Origin: Ascoidea asiatica JCM 7603
Lineage: Eukaryota; Fungi; Ascomycota
DNA: 64,000 nt
Assembly (NCBI GenBank): GCA_001600695.1
Contig: BCKQ01000005.1
Location: 136,593-200,592, forward strand
Direction of reading: 5' to 3'
Positions 22,101-32,336 of the stretch are shown piece by piece. The translations under genes and the position numbers were made by a program. Position 1 is the stretch's first letter. Each line of letters opens with the position of its first letter. The notes beneath the pieces are model-generated. The model searched no databases and was not told the origin of the DNA. It saw only the letters and a list, made by a program, of their open reading frames with translations.

Positions 22101-24396
22101 TGCTGTTAATATAAAAAATGATAAAACTAATCCAGAAATTGTAATTACGATCGATAGTAATAGTCAGAACATATCCAAAGTTTCCGCTAAAATTGGTAAC
22201 AATACAGCTATTTCGACCAAAGAACTGTCATCAACATCAAAGGCAATATTTAAATTAAGTCAATTGAAGCCAGATCCCAACGAAACTTTGGAGAGTTACA
22301 ATGAAAGAAAAATCAGCATGTTTAATGAAGAGTTAACAAGAGGTGACGACTCTCAAAAAAGCATTTTCAATACTGTTGGTTCTAGTAACATTTCTAATCT
22401 TATAAAAAACATGAATGAGCTTTCTGAACAGGATCATACCGATAATAAAATGAAAACAAAAATGGGAGATAAGAAAAAGGCAATCTTTGGTATTCGAAAA
22501 GCAAAATCAGAAAATATTTCAGACTCTTTTTTGGCGAAACCTTCCAAGATTATGCCATCTCTTAATATAAAGAAAAAATTAAATCCAGGTTCAAACTTCA
22601 TTAGTTTAAAAACCCCATCAAACATCAACGAAGAAGAAAAATCAATAAATGACAATGGTTCATTGACTATTGGCCGAGATCTGATTGAATTCGTTTCAAG
22701 AACATACAGTTTTAATGATTACTCAAATGATTTGAGAATTACAAATGCTGAAGATTCTACCACTGCAAGTTTGAGCAATCGCAATATTATGCATATTGAT
22801 TTTCCAAACAATTGTAAAGAAAACGGTGAAAACCAAATTCAAAAATTGGCAGCTAAGAAAAGAAAATCATTGGATAAATTCTTCAATTCATTTGATACTG
22901 AAATTCATAATCTGAGAAAAGATGATCAGTTCCCTCAGAAAAAAGAAACTCTAGTTGTTAAATCTCTTGAAAAGGAAGTTTCTATAAACCCACAAAAGAG
23001 TAGTGATTCTTTGAATAGTGGGTTCAATGATTATCTAGATTTCATTGATTTTGGAGTAGGAATTAAAAGTAGTGGAGACTCAGAGAATGAAAACTCCTCT
23101 CAAAAACTGAAAAATTCATTATCAATGTCAGACATGCAAAATTTAAAATCACCTGTCAATGAGCTATTTTCTCCGGAATCAACTTCAACTTGCAGACCAA
23201 GTTTAAGCACTTTAACACCGAAAACTGAAGAATTTAAAGACAAATTAAACACCCCTGAACAAGAAAGACGATTCAGTTTTGAATCTACCAAGGAAATAAT
23301 TGTTGAAAAACCTTTACTTGAAATTCAACATTCTAAACTACCCACCAAGAAAAAAGAGTCTAATAAATTTAAGTCTCTTTTTCATAAACTTTTCAAAACT
23401 GAAGACTCCAATATGACCCATGGGAGAGAACGTCTGAGAAGTTTACATCATAGTAAACTTCAACAGGGTTCCGTGTTACCCAAGCAGTTAAATTTAAAAA
23501 AGAGTTTCAGTCACGATCCTTCATCTAGGAGGGAACTTTACAATAATCAGCCCCCCCTTGGTTCATTTAAATCTACAGAAAATAAAGACAGTGATTCAAA
23601 AACTAATACTTCAAGAAAAAAATCTGTTTTCAGAAGGTCTCATTTCAAGAAGCTAACTCCAGATTTAACTTTGGAAAAAAATGAATCTGAAATGTATCAT
23701 AATTTTACAGAAAGCTCAAATCATTTCAGGCTTCCCTCAATCAATTTCAGCTCTGATCTGGATGTTATTGACTTAGGTTCACATTTTGATGCAACTAAAA
23801 GACAAAATAAAACTAACAATTTGAATGATTTTTCGGTTGGGGAAAAAAAATGGCTTTCAGATAAAATTTTATCCTCGACAGATAATGATAAAGGTTCAAC
23901 TCCATTTCCTGATTTACTTAAACCAGACATGGGATCGAAACATCGTGAACTAATACGTTCTAAAAGTATAGAAAAAAAGAAATCAATGAAATTGAACAAT
24001 TCGAGAGAAGAGACTTATCCGAAGCTCAAGGAAGTGAGTGTTAATGACATCATCAAAAATCCAGCTAAGCAAAATTTGACCCCCAAGAAGGCCATTTTGA
24101 AGGAAAGCAATAATAATAATGTCACCTTGTCAACTCCCCTAGGGCAACTAAGTTATTTTTCTTCTTCTGAAAATTCAGTTAATTCTACAGAATCTAAAGT
24201 TTCTTTTTCTAATCGTATATTTGTGAATAAAACATATTCTTCTCGTGTTTATGATAGGCATTCAGAAAAAACTAATACATGTTCTAATCTCAGTCCTCAG
24301 GCCATTCAAGAAATCAGATTTGAGTTGAATGAATTTAAAAAAGGCATGCCAATTCATGAAAAAAGCAAGGCTAATACTCATTTTTTTCACTCATAG
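19147..24396 (+). CDS. AFR1: Afr1/Bni4-family Glc7 (PP1)-targeting protein
   Basis: C-terminal KVSF (RVxF) then TYS..YDR...IRFELNEFKKGMPIHEKSKANTHFF; internal KERFYFPNGEEYIPRK recalls Afr1 FQFPNGEIYKPK; lies near COG3, as the AFR1 paralog YER158C does in S. cerevisiae. Confidence 0.7.
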   Translation: MASNRSGLEFDLSDKLLSRSGTLSKKNSYMRKRLTSASSPAINRAMSLSNFQSRNSINTYSNGNHLIQSNYPSQPNYPNYPTYVNYSNSYGNDSNLNITNQPLMHQPLPAAPAVPSDPKLSERKDHSFRSLSRNDTVASTGFQRNNFNYNYNQNNFKQSSTTPLPNYSTVNKTQAINQSLSETPQHNKSVYSNIDNSNSNSNSSLNSSISKQRIQQQPFNQLYNPNSNPLYQPQHQQPYLQQYQQPYPQYFQQPNQQPYHQGFQQPYQQHYQQYYQHSSQKQHQNVPPRNPGSYIHDSDIPTRSKSMVGPSVNYNNFLVKHPMPLPKDLIPLVNKNINNINNNNEIQNFEHHDNNDNNSDNDKIDNDNESNNNKINETINFEQSNASRKVKTDKFRSEIHNELNDPSTLYPSPPISESSVSDFPANLTIVQKNNISAANLDNNTIQLPENDLQDNLNSSSSNIVSKSTNNPMNHPLKRYNSIESDATINTISGTIQKNERIDQIATDSANLPELSSKCSGNLNQVSKSKSGCPEFIQRNENLVSLQGNSGANNAFQNPTGAPIYNSSSNFQYSYQPSCINTLSNALQYEQNSNFLNQDYLKLNHNIDPNPRNNHIYNQFYSYQNFSQTQPINSYQSFPAPHSKNDRSFDYNPHYHHPQLQNPYNSTQFRSNQVASDHVNKLAPYLDNNRPARSSSESGGNQIKSKCFTNIQAGSSVIVENSNENHLKKSKDSILKNEVSHGKNKHRKKYKERFYFPNGEEYIPRKEQKKKIEKGSKAGKMGNIDGKVKGKFYIDSESEASEDEPITFPKDGKEIRDEKKEYIYLDDFSDGDFNEADSDTDYNENSSYYSDAFQTSSDNSSENHGNFNSADGKFLRSYDRRKKASQSLSTSTTFSKQRSSSSTSSSNSKENDKSIINSSKSLSILPNLSNDTSISQISIEEPLSLKNSQLSTLQVIHEPDSEVISANETLNLKKELESIVQEKDLAAVNIKNDKTNPEIVITIDSNSQNISKVSAKIGNNTAISTKELSSTSKAIFKLSQLKPDPNETLESYNERKISMFNEELTRGDDSQKSIFNTVGSSNISNLIKNMNELSEQDHTDNKMKTKMGDKKKAIFGIRKAKSENISDSFLAKPSKIMPSLNIKKKLNPGSNFISLKTPSNINEEEKSINDNGSLTIGRDLIEFVSRTYSFNDYSNDLRITNAEDSTTASLSNRNIMHIDFPNNCKENGENQIQKLAAKKRKSLDKFFNSFDTEIHNLRKDDQFPQKKETLVVKSLEKEVSINPQKSSDSLNSGFNDYLDFIDFGVGIKSSGDSENENSSQKLKNSLSMSDMQNLKSPVNELFSPESTSTCRPSLSTLTPKTEEFKDKLNTPEQERRFSFESTKEIIVEKPLLEIQHSKLPTKKKESNKFKSLFHKLFKTEDSNMTHGRERLRSLHHSKLQQGSVLPKQLNLKKSFSHDPSSRRELYNNQPPLGSFKSTENKDSDSKTNTSRKKSVFRRSHFKKLTPDLTLEKNESEMYHNFTESSNHFRLPSINFSSDLDVIDLGSHFDATKRQNKTNNLNDFSVGEKKWLSDKILSSTDNDKGSTPFPDLLKPDMGSKHRELIRSKSIEKKKSMKLNNSREETYPKLKEVSVNDIIKNPAKQNLTPKKAILKESNNNNVTLSTPLGQLSYFSSSENSVNSTESKVSFSNRIFVNKTYSSRVYDRHSEKTNTCSNLSPQAIQEIRFELNEFKKGMPIHEKSKANTHFFHS

Positions 24397-24841
24397 TTAT
24401 TCAATCATTTTAAATATTTTTTATTATCCATTTCAATTCATTCAATTTTTGTTTTAGACTTGTTGTTTTTATCCTAGAATGTCTTGTATAAAGTCAATTT
24501 TTTTTTTGCTTCTAATAATCGTGGAGCTTTCAATTGACGATAGGTTCATCGTCCTTTAATTTTTTATTTTTTGGGTTGTGATTTGTTACAGAATAATGGA
24601 AAGTTATTAGCTAAAAAAGGATTTACTTATTTCAAATTTGTGTGGGATACTAGAAATATATGCTATGGATAAATGTCTTGTGCTTGTATTTTGCTAATTT
24701 TCTTTTTTTTTACTTTTTTATATATGGTGCTAGAGAACTTCTACTACTTGCAAAAATATTTGTATTCTATTTCATGTATTATTTTTTCATATTTATTTAA
24801 CAGAATATAAAAAAATATCATCAGTCTTTATAAAAACTTTT

Positions 24842-25333
24842 CTAACTTCCGCGATAAGTGGTATAACTGTAATTTGAAAGTAATAAAGGAACATGATAAT
24901 GCTGTTCAGGGATATGCTTTATTATAAAATGAATATCAACAAAAGGAAAAAATGTGCTATCAGATGTTTTTGTACTTTTTAGTGAAGAGATATAATTACC
25001 AGTATGAAAACGAACTTTATATACACCGGATTTTAATCTATCCCAAGCCAATTCATTTGTTTCTAACTTTTTTATACCAATCGATTGATAAAGCGCGTCA
25101 CTTTGGTTAGGTTTTAAAATCCAGCTTACAACTCGACCATCATTATCAGTTTTAGCTAACCCAAAAGGGAATATATTAGCTTCAGAAGAATCACTCAAAT
25201 CAAAATCTGTAATGCTAGCGGGAGGAGTATAATCACAATTATCACTTAATTTATAAATTGCACACAAAACATTTTTTGCAGGTACCCCAGCAATTGCATC
25301 TAAAATATGGCATGTAACCGGTGATCGTTTCAT
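24842..25333 (-). CDS. 5-hydroxyisourate hydrolase (transthyretin-like protein)
   Basis: SPVTCHILD, TDNDGR, TFFPFVDIHF, HYHVPLLLSNYSYTTYRGS signature C-terminus. Confidence 0.93.
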   Translation of the reverse strand: MKRSPVTCHILDAIAGVPAKNVLCAIYKLSDNCDYTPPASITDFDLSDSSEANIFPFGLAKTDNDGRVVSWILKPNQSDALYQSIGIKKLETNELAWDRLKSGVYKVRFHTGNYISSLKSTKTSDSTFFPFVDIHFIIKHIPEQHYHVPLLLSNYSYTTYRGS

Positions 25334-25727
25334 TGCAATGAAATAAAAAATGGTTGCTGAATGTGAAAAATAAACTGGTTTTAAAAACTTACAATAAGTT
25401 TCTTCAATGAATTAATCTTCAATGAGGTATGCTTCAAACTTGAATATAATGCATACCTCTTAAATTAAGATGTGTAATAGTTTTTAAAATTATTTTGTTA
25501 GTTAATTTTCCTGACACATTGAAGCCCTCTTATAAGGGCTTTAAGCCAAGTGTATTTAACATTACATAAAGTAAATTTTTCTTATTATTGAATGTTAAAC
25601 CAAATATTTTACCGTTAATTGATTCATTGCTGAATTTACTGATTGAAATAAAATTAAATTGAATATTTTAGCTATTCCAGACCTATTTTTGTTTAATCGG
25701 AATCATATTTGATTATTGAAAAATTAA

Positions 25728-26016
25728 ATGCCTAGGGCAATAATTGGTATGACTACTTTCTTTATAAGTATATTTATTCCAAATTATTAAATCAAAGCAA
25801 TCTACTAACCACACATGAGAAGGTACTTTGGTTCAATGCGATCCATCAATAACAGCAATTATCCTTCAAATGAATGATGAAAATGGCGGGTCAATTGTCA
25901 CTGAGAAATTAGATGATACTCACTTAGTTATCAATCAAGACAAGGTTGCCTTTGTTAAAATTCGTTTAAATGAAATGCTAGCAAAAAATTCTTATGATGA
26001 GGATGAAGTTCAATAA
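25728..26016 (+). CDS. TFB5: TFIIH subunit Tfb5; exons 25728-25746 and 25823-26016
   Basis: Intron GTATGA(25747)...TACTAAC(25803)...AAG(25822); spliced product MPRAIIGTLVQCDPSI matches the Tfb5 N-terminus. Confidence 0.92.
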
Positions 26017-26099
26017 AGTAAACTTTCAAAGTTTTTATTGTGCTAAGAAAGGTAACAATAAAAAAATATATTTAATAAGAATTTTACACTAAAAAACAT

Positions 26100-28646
26100 T
26101 TATTCACTCACAGAGTATAAAGAGTCTCCGTCAGTATTAACCATTTCTATATGCTCGTTTTCAAAAACATTATTCATGATCTCTGTAATATATGTTATCA
26201 ATGAATCCACCTCCAATATGTTTTGTAAAACTTGTTCTCTATTGCTAATCTTCAATTCCATTACTCTATTAACCAAGCTATCATGATATTTCTCGTAAAT
26301 TTGGACTGTCAACTCTTGTATACCGTCAATTAAAAAGCTTATTACTTGAGGATCATTAATATAAATTTCTAGCAATTCTTTTAGTCTTGAAAATTCATTT
26401 CTTAAATTTTCTTTTAATTTATTAGAGTTTTTTTTAATATTTGATTCCTTAATATCCTTATCGATACTTTCTAAATCGATAGCACCAGCCAAAATCCCTG
26501 AAACGATATCATTAGTAAAACTATGAACTACATTTCTTAATTCACTTTGTAACTCAAGTTTTGCATCAAACATATTATTAATTAATTTTGGGACAGAATC
26601 TTTTACCATATTAACAAAACCATTATTCATGATTTCAAACTGTCCACTTTTAATTTTGTTAAATATAGAGTTTATTCCCGAAAAATCAAGTGATTGTTCG
26701 GTATGAATATATTGGATATCAAAGTTTTCTATTTGACTTTTTAGAATTAATAAATTTTCCATTAAATATAATTTAGAGTTCAATTTTCCAATATATGTTT
26801 CTGCCAATTGATGAGCTTCTTTTAGAGAATCTAAACACGCGTGAACAACTGTATGGGCAAGATTGTCAAACACAAATGAATTAACCAATTGATAAATCTC
26901 CGACAAAATAGCTATAGTACTAGATAATGGTGGGTATAAACCTTCATAAAGTTTCCCATTATCTCCAATTTGACTTAAATAAGAGGTTTCATCTTGGTTA
27001 TCTCGGATTGGATCTTCAGTAGATGATAACTTATTATTAGCAATATTCATATCATTTAGAGATGGTTTATATCTCACAATTTTTTCTTCGATGTACACCT
27101 GAATCCTGAAAATCAATCTTGTTTGTGCATCTTGCATTATTGGTTGAAAAATTGAACCAAAATTTATTAAAAATTCACTATACTCCAAATTTTCATCATT
27201 TGAGTAATGAAAAAGGTTTCCTTGATTATTTGAATAGTTTACTTCCTCATCATCATTTTCATTATCAAAGTATTTTTGCAATAAAATAATTAAATCACAA
27301 AGCTTTTTAATTTTTGTTTCTTTCAAAATTTTATTTCTCAAAGCATCATACAAAGGATCACAAAGGCTTTGGAACCATTGAAACAATTCGTTATTGTTGA
27401 ATATAGTTTTTTCATTAATCCCCAATTCTTCGTTTCTCAACGAATATCCAAAGAAGAAAACGAAAAGGTCATACTCCTGATTTATTAAATGAATATAAAA
27501 CGATAAACTAGCCTGCGAAAGCCTTAATAAATCCTTTTTTTGTAAAATCAAATCACTTAAGTTTTCAAGAATCATAGGTGATATTAACTTTTCCCTAACA
27601 TTAAAATATTGGTTGTAACAATCGTTTAATAAGCCATTATATTCAGGATGATGTTCAATACGATTTATAATTTCACTTGATAAGTCGTTAATCAAATCTG
27701 AATTTGATTGGAATTTAGAGTACAATAGGGCATCTCTAGTAACAATATCAACATTCAGGAGTTTGGATAATTGACTATAGATATCATTGAATTTTTGCTT
27801 TAAAAAGTTTATAATATAGTTTCTTATTAATGTCAATGCTTTGGTCATACCGCTTCTAAATCTAATTTGGAAAGAATCAATATCTTTGAAGTCTGCATGT
27901 TGATCTACAAAATTTAGTGATTCATCTAATTGCATTAAGCAATTCTTGAATTTTTCTTTACGAACCAAAGAAGAGCCAGGAGTGTTTATTACTTTAGTAA
28001 TTGAATTTAAGTTATGAACCAAAATCCTTAAATTATTATTCAAATGATCCAAATAATTATTCAAAATTTGTTGCTGGTTAATCAATTGGTCAGATCTCTT
28101 TGTAAAATCAATTGTTTCATTTATTATTGAATTATAATCATTGTTTAAATTGTTGATTGATTTCAAAATATCTGTAGTTCTATCTAAATATTTTTGATTA
28201 TTTTTGTACTTGATACTTAATAAATTTTGAAAATTAATGAAATTTGAATTTTCAGAAATAAATAACAGGTTTTCAGATTCCTTTGAAATTAGGAAACTAT
28301 AATCAAATACTTTTTTGTAAGTATGCCATATAAGTTCCTTTTCTTTGATTGTTAAGGGATCGAGTAGTTTAAATCCAATTTCATTCGAAGGTTCAAATTC
28401 ATGTGATAAATCAGATATACTAGATGATGATTTTATCTTGGAAAGTCTTTTGTTTCTAAGGCATGAACTTAGACCAACATTTTTAGCATTGAAATCCAAG
28501 TCACTAAAATTTAGTTCGTCTGAATCTATTTCCCTTCTTGAATTAAGATTAGCAAACTTAGAAGAATTAAAATGACTTTTCGAATCTGGTACATTTAAAG
28601 CTATTGCTTGAACAATGGATTTTCTCCTAGGTCTTGTTTTGCTCAT
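26100..28646 (-). CDS. COG3: Conserved oligomeric Golgi complex subunit 3
   Basis: LCDPLYDALR, QDAQTRLIFRIQVY, YPPL, VFDNLAHTVVHAC motifs; first ATG at 28646. Confidence 0.9.
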   Translation of the reverse strand: MSKTRPRRKSIVQAIALNVPDSKSHFNSSKFANLNSRREIDSDELNFSDLDFNAKNVGLSSCLRNKRLSKIKSSSSISDLSHEFEPSNEIGFKLLDPLTIKEKELIWHTYKKVFDYSFLISKESENLLFISENSNFINFQNLLSIKYKNNQKYLDRTTDILKSINNLNNDYNSIINETIDFTKRSDQLINQQQILNNYLDHLNNNLRILVHNLNSITKVINTPGSSLVRKEKFKNCLMQLDESLNFVDQHADFKDIDSFQIRFRSGMTKALTLIRNYIINFLKQKFNDIYSQLSKLLNVDIVTRDALLYSKFQSNSDLINDLSSEIINRIEHHPEYNGLLNDCYNQYFNVREKLISPMILENLSDLILQKKDLLRLSQASLSFYIHLINQEYDLFVFFFGYSLRNEELGINEKTIFNNNELFQWFQSLCDPLYDALRNKILKETKIKKLCDLIILLQKYFDNENDDEEVNYSNNQGNLFHYSNDENLEYSEFLINFGSIFQPIMQDAQTRLIFRIQVYIEEKIVRYKPSLNDMNIANNKLSSTEDPIRDNQDETSYLSQIGDNGKLYEGLYPPLSSTIAILSEIYQLVNSFVFDNLAHTVVHACLDSLKEAHQLAETYIGKLNSKLYLMENLLILKSQIENFDIQYIHTEQSLDFSGINSIFNKIKSGQFEIMNNGFVNMVKDSVPKLINNMFDAKLELQSELRNVVHSFTNDIVSGILAGAIDLESIDKDIKESNIKKNSNKLKENLRNEFSRLKELLEIYINDPQVISFLIDGIQELTVQIYEKYHDSLVNRVMELKISNREQVLQNILEVDSLITYITEIMNNVFENEHIEMVNTDGDSLYSVSE

Positions 28647-29399
28647 TCTGGAAGAAAAAAGTAATCTCAATGAATTTCCAAGAACTGATTATAAATTGGA
28701 TTTTTACAGCTGAAATTGTTAAAATATAATTTTCTTATATTTTGAAATATAATTGTACGAATTAGAACCTATAGACTTTCAATTTCTTAAAGACACTTTT
28801 ATTTTTTACTTCAATTATTTCGCCATTCTATGTTAAACCATCAACATGTAAATTAGTAAATTTTCTGAATGTCTCAAATTATCAATTTACCTTTACTGTA
28901 TTCTGTTCGAGATATTTCAGGTGACTTTCTCAATTCGTAGAACCACAGCTCGAAATTCTAAACACCACCTCAAAACCTTACATTTTTCTTAGTAGACGCC
29001 GTTTCTAGAATTGGAACATAAAGTTTATTATAATTAAAATAATAATTCTAAACATTATTTACTTATTTAAAAATGGGACTATAATAGTAAAGTCATCTGA
29101 TTGAGCTTATTAATAGAGTCCCGGGACACGCTTTTTCCGCAATAGTGGCTCCCAATTCAGGAAAACTATACGAACTCTGGCTTCAAAGTTACTAATTAGT
29201 GAATAAATGAAAATGTAAATAAGTATTACTTCTGTTTAGATCGAAAATAAATAATTATACACTTTTACTAAAAAACAGGCTCACCTCAATATTCAAATTG
29301 TCTTCATATCTTTTTTAAAAAGGATCATTATCATCTGTTAAAAGCCAATTTTAAATCTTTTTTTTGCTTTGGTTTTTTAATCTCAAAATTATTTTTCAT

Positions 29400-30887
29400 A
29401 TGGATGCAATTTCTTTTAAATCATTTCCTTCTTTATCTGAAGAACAAGAAAACAATTTAGTCCAGAATCTTTTGCATTGGTCTCTTGGTCATGGCCTAAC
29501 TATTTATCCTCTTAATTTTAAAAGATTTGAACCTATTAATGCCCCTGTAACTTTGTTTCCTTCTCCTTTTCCTAGAAGTTGTTTTGAAAATGCTTTAAAA
29601 GTTCAACCTATCTTTAATAATTTGTATTCCGCTATCTCTTCTAAAATCAATGAACCTTGGCTTTTTAAAATAATTAGTGAATTATCTGAGTTTGATAAAG
29701 ATTTTACAGGAAATTTATGGAAATGTTATTTAAAGGCTAAAAAAAAAGGTATTGTGCAGCCAATTTCTTTAGGATTGTTTCGATCAGATTATATGCTTGA
29801 CAAACTAGATAAATTTGATCAATTCCAAATAAAGCAAATAGAGTTTAATACAGTTTCAGTCTCATTCGGTGCACTTTCTTCCAAAGTTGGAAAATTGCAT
29901 GAATATTTGAATTCCGCTGGAGAATATGAGAAACAAAATTTTTACTCGAATGAAGAATTGGAAGCTTCTAAGTCAATTGATTTAATTCCGGATGGACTTG
30001 CAGCTGCCGACGAGTGTTATAGAAAAGTTGAAAATTATTCGATTGATCAAAATACTGTTGTTCTTTTCATAGTTCAGCAAAATGAGAGAAATGTTTTTGA
30101 CCAACGTCATTTGGAATATTCGTTATTGAAAAATCATGGAATAAGGTCTTACAGACTTCAAATGAGTGAAATTCCTTTTAAGACAAGGACCGATTCTTTA
30201 TCCCAAAAGATTTATCTAACTTCGACAAATGATGAAATTTCAGTTATTTATTATAGAGCAGGTTATGCTCCAGGGGATTTCAAATCTCAAGTGGAATGGG
30301 ATGCTCGAATGAATTTAGAAACAACAAAAGCGATAAAATGTCCTTCTTTATTAACTCAGTTATCTGGGGCTAAAAAAATTCAACAGCTTCTCACCGATAA
30401 GGAAATATTAAAAGATATTTTACCTTCTAGGAATGAAAATGATATCAATGAACTTCTTAAAACATTTGTAAATATTTACCCTATGGATAAGACCCCCGAA
30501 GGAGAAATAGGTAGAAGACTTGCAAAAGAGCATCCCGAAAAATTTGTTTTAAAACCTCAAAGAGAAGGTGGAGGTAATAACATTTACAAGAGTCATATTC
30601 CTGCTTTCCTAGAAAGTTTAAATGAAAACGAATGGGGAAGTTATATATTAATGGAGTTAATTAAGCCTCCCCTTCATAGAAATAAAATCATAAGAGAAGA
30701 TAAGATATTTACCGAGCCCATTGTCAGCGAATTAGGTATTTATGGTTCAATTTTATGGAACTACGAAACAGGGAAAGTTTTAGAAAACAATGTTGCGGGA
30801 CATTTATTGAGATCAAAATTCAATTCTAGTGATGAAGGTGGTGTTGCAGCAGGATTTGGGTGTATTGATAGTTTATATTTATATTAA
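29400..30887 (+). CDS. GSH2: Glutathione synthetase
   Basis: LGLFRSDYML, KQIEFNTVSVSFG, FVLKPQREGGGNNIY, EGGVAAGFG; first ATG at 29400. Confidence 0.96.
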   Translation: MDAISFKSFPSLSEEQENNLVQNLLHWSLGHGLTIYPLNFKRFEPINAPVTLFPSPFPRSCFENALKVQPIFNNLYSAISSKINEPWLFKIISELSEFDKDFTGNLWKCYLKAKKKGIVQPISLGLFRSDYMLDKLDKFDQFQIKQIEFNTVSVSFGALSSKVGKLHEYLNSAGEYEKQNFYSNEELEASKSIDLIPDGLAAADECYRKVENYSIDQNTVVLFIVQQNERNVFDQRHLEYSLLKNHGIRSYRLQMSEIPFKTRTDSLSQKIYLTSTNDEISVIYYRAGYAPGDFKSQVEWDARMNLETTKAIKCPSLLTQLSGAKKIQQLLTDKEILKDILPSRNENDINELLKTFVNIYPMDKTPEGEIGRRLAKEHPEKFVLKPQREGGGNNIYKSHIPAFLESLNENEWGSYILMELIKPPLHRNKIIREDKIFTEPIVSELGIYGSILWNYETGKVLENNVAGHLLRSKFNSSDEGGVAAGFGCIDSLYLY

Positions 30888-31077
30888 ATTCGGTTCAAAA
30901 TTAGATTTAGTTTCTAAATGAATTCTTCAACATAAAACTTCAGTCATCCATTATATTAAAAGACCTCTACGTAGAGTTATTTGAGCAAAAAATATATGTG
31001 AATACAGAAACACGCAGCAACCTTTTCAAAACTATGAAGTTTAAATAAATAATTTCTACAACTAAAATGAGAATTTT

Positions 31078-32336
31078 TCAGTCCTTTTCGGCAAAATTTG
31101 CTTCAGAATTTACTTCAAGCTTGTCATTCAATGGCTTTAGATTATCTGAGCTTAGATTGGTTAATTTTAAATTACTTGATTTTATAGTATTTGACTTGGA
31201 TCCAAACTTTTCTCCAAATACTAGACTTCTTGCGTTCTGATAATTAGTCTTGAAATTATTTTGACATTTCTCAAATGTGTCACTCATCATAAGTGGCTCA
31301 TTCGCAAGAGTATGATATTTCTCCATATCAGATGCCCATAAAGCAGCAGCTACTACATCAGTAAAAGTAAAGAACATTCCTATTACTGGTAAAGTTTCCA
31401 ATGATAAAGCGACAAACCCCATACTGGAATATTCATTAGATCTAGATCTATAATAAGCTTTGACCTGTCTTTCATTCATATTTTTCATTTCAAAATAATG
31501 ACCATGTAGAGCTCTACCTTTAGAAGATGATCTCAAGATAACTATTATCCAGGAGCCGAAAAAAGGAACAAAGCTTAAAATAAACAATAATGAAATTTTT
31601 ACGATTGCATAGGGAATACTAGCTAAAGTTGATAACTGAAAACTTGCTTTAAAAAACTCATGAATTGTCTCAGAAAAAGTTCTTTCAACTTTTTTTTTTT
31701 CTATTATTAAAGTTCCAACTGCCGCAAAATCATTAAGGCCTTGCTTTAAAAGTACTTCGTCGAAAATTTTATTTAATGGATCCTTAAGAATTGTTCTTTC
31801 CAATACAAATCTTGAAATAAGTCCAGCTTGTTGAACCATTAATAAAAAGGAAGAAACTATTCCTGAAGCGCCTTGAAGATAAAGAGAGACTATAGCTTGA
31901 GGAGGATAAAAAAATATCAAACAAAATAAAAAAATTGAAAGAGAAATTAAAATTTGTTGTGGCAATACAGCTAACCAATATTTCCATAGATCCCTGTTTT
32001 GCATCCAGTAACTAATTCCCTATGTTGATTAAAAAGATTTGCAATTATAATTAGCAAAAGATTATTTGTTAGTATAATCAGCGGTTAAATCATGAGTAAA
32101 ATTTATATTGGAGACAAATGAGAAAAATAAGGTAATAATACAAGTAATGGATAAATATAGGTTCCAGAATTTGCTAAATTCACTGGCGTTTCAAAAACAG
32201 CATTTAAACTAAGACTTGTCAAAACTGAATTGGCAATTCTTTGAATATACGATAGCAAGGGAGTTGAAACATCAATAAATGGATCCAAAGAAGCATTGAA
32301 GAAATTGAAAGTATATTTGAAGTTTGATTTTGACAT
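31078..32336 (-). CDS. RRT8: Rrt8/Lds (EI24-like) multi-pass membrane protein; exons 32336-32142 and 32019-31078
   Basis: Splicing joins YIYPLL to GISYWMQ in frame via GTATTA...TACTAAC (32068-32074)...TAG; hydrophobic helices; tail-to-tail with GSH2 as in S. cerevisiae. Confidence 0.75.

Noticed and set aside
25350-25395. Minus-strand GTAAGT as an alternative targeting exon for HIU hydrolase
   Set aside because: The implied intron is about 35 nt and lacks a branchpoint.
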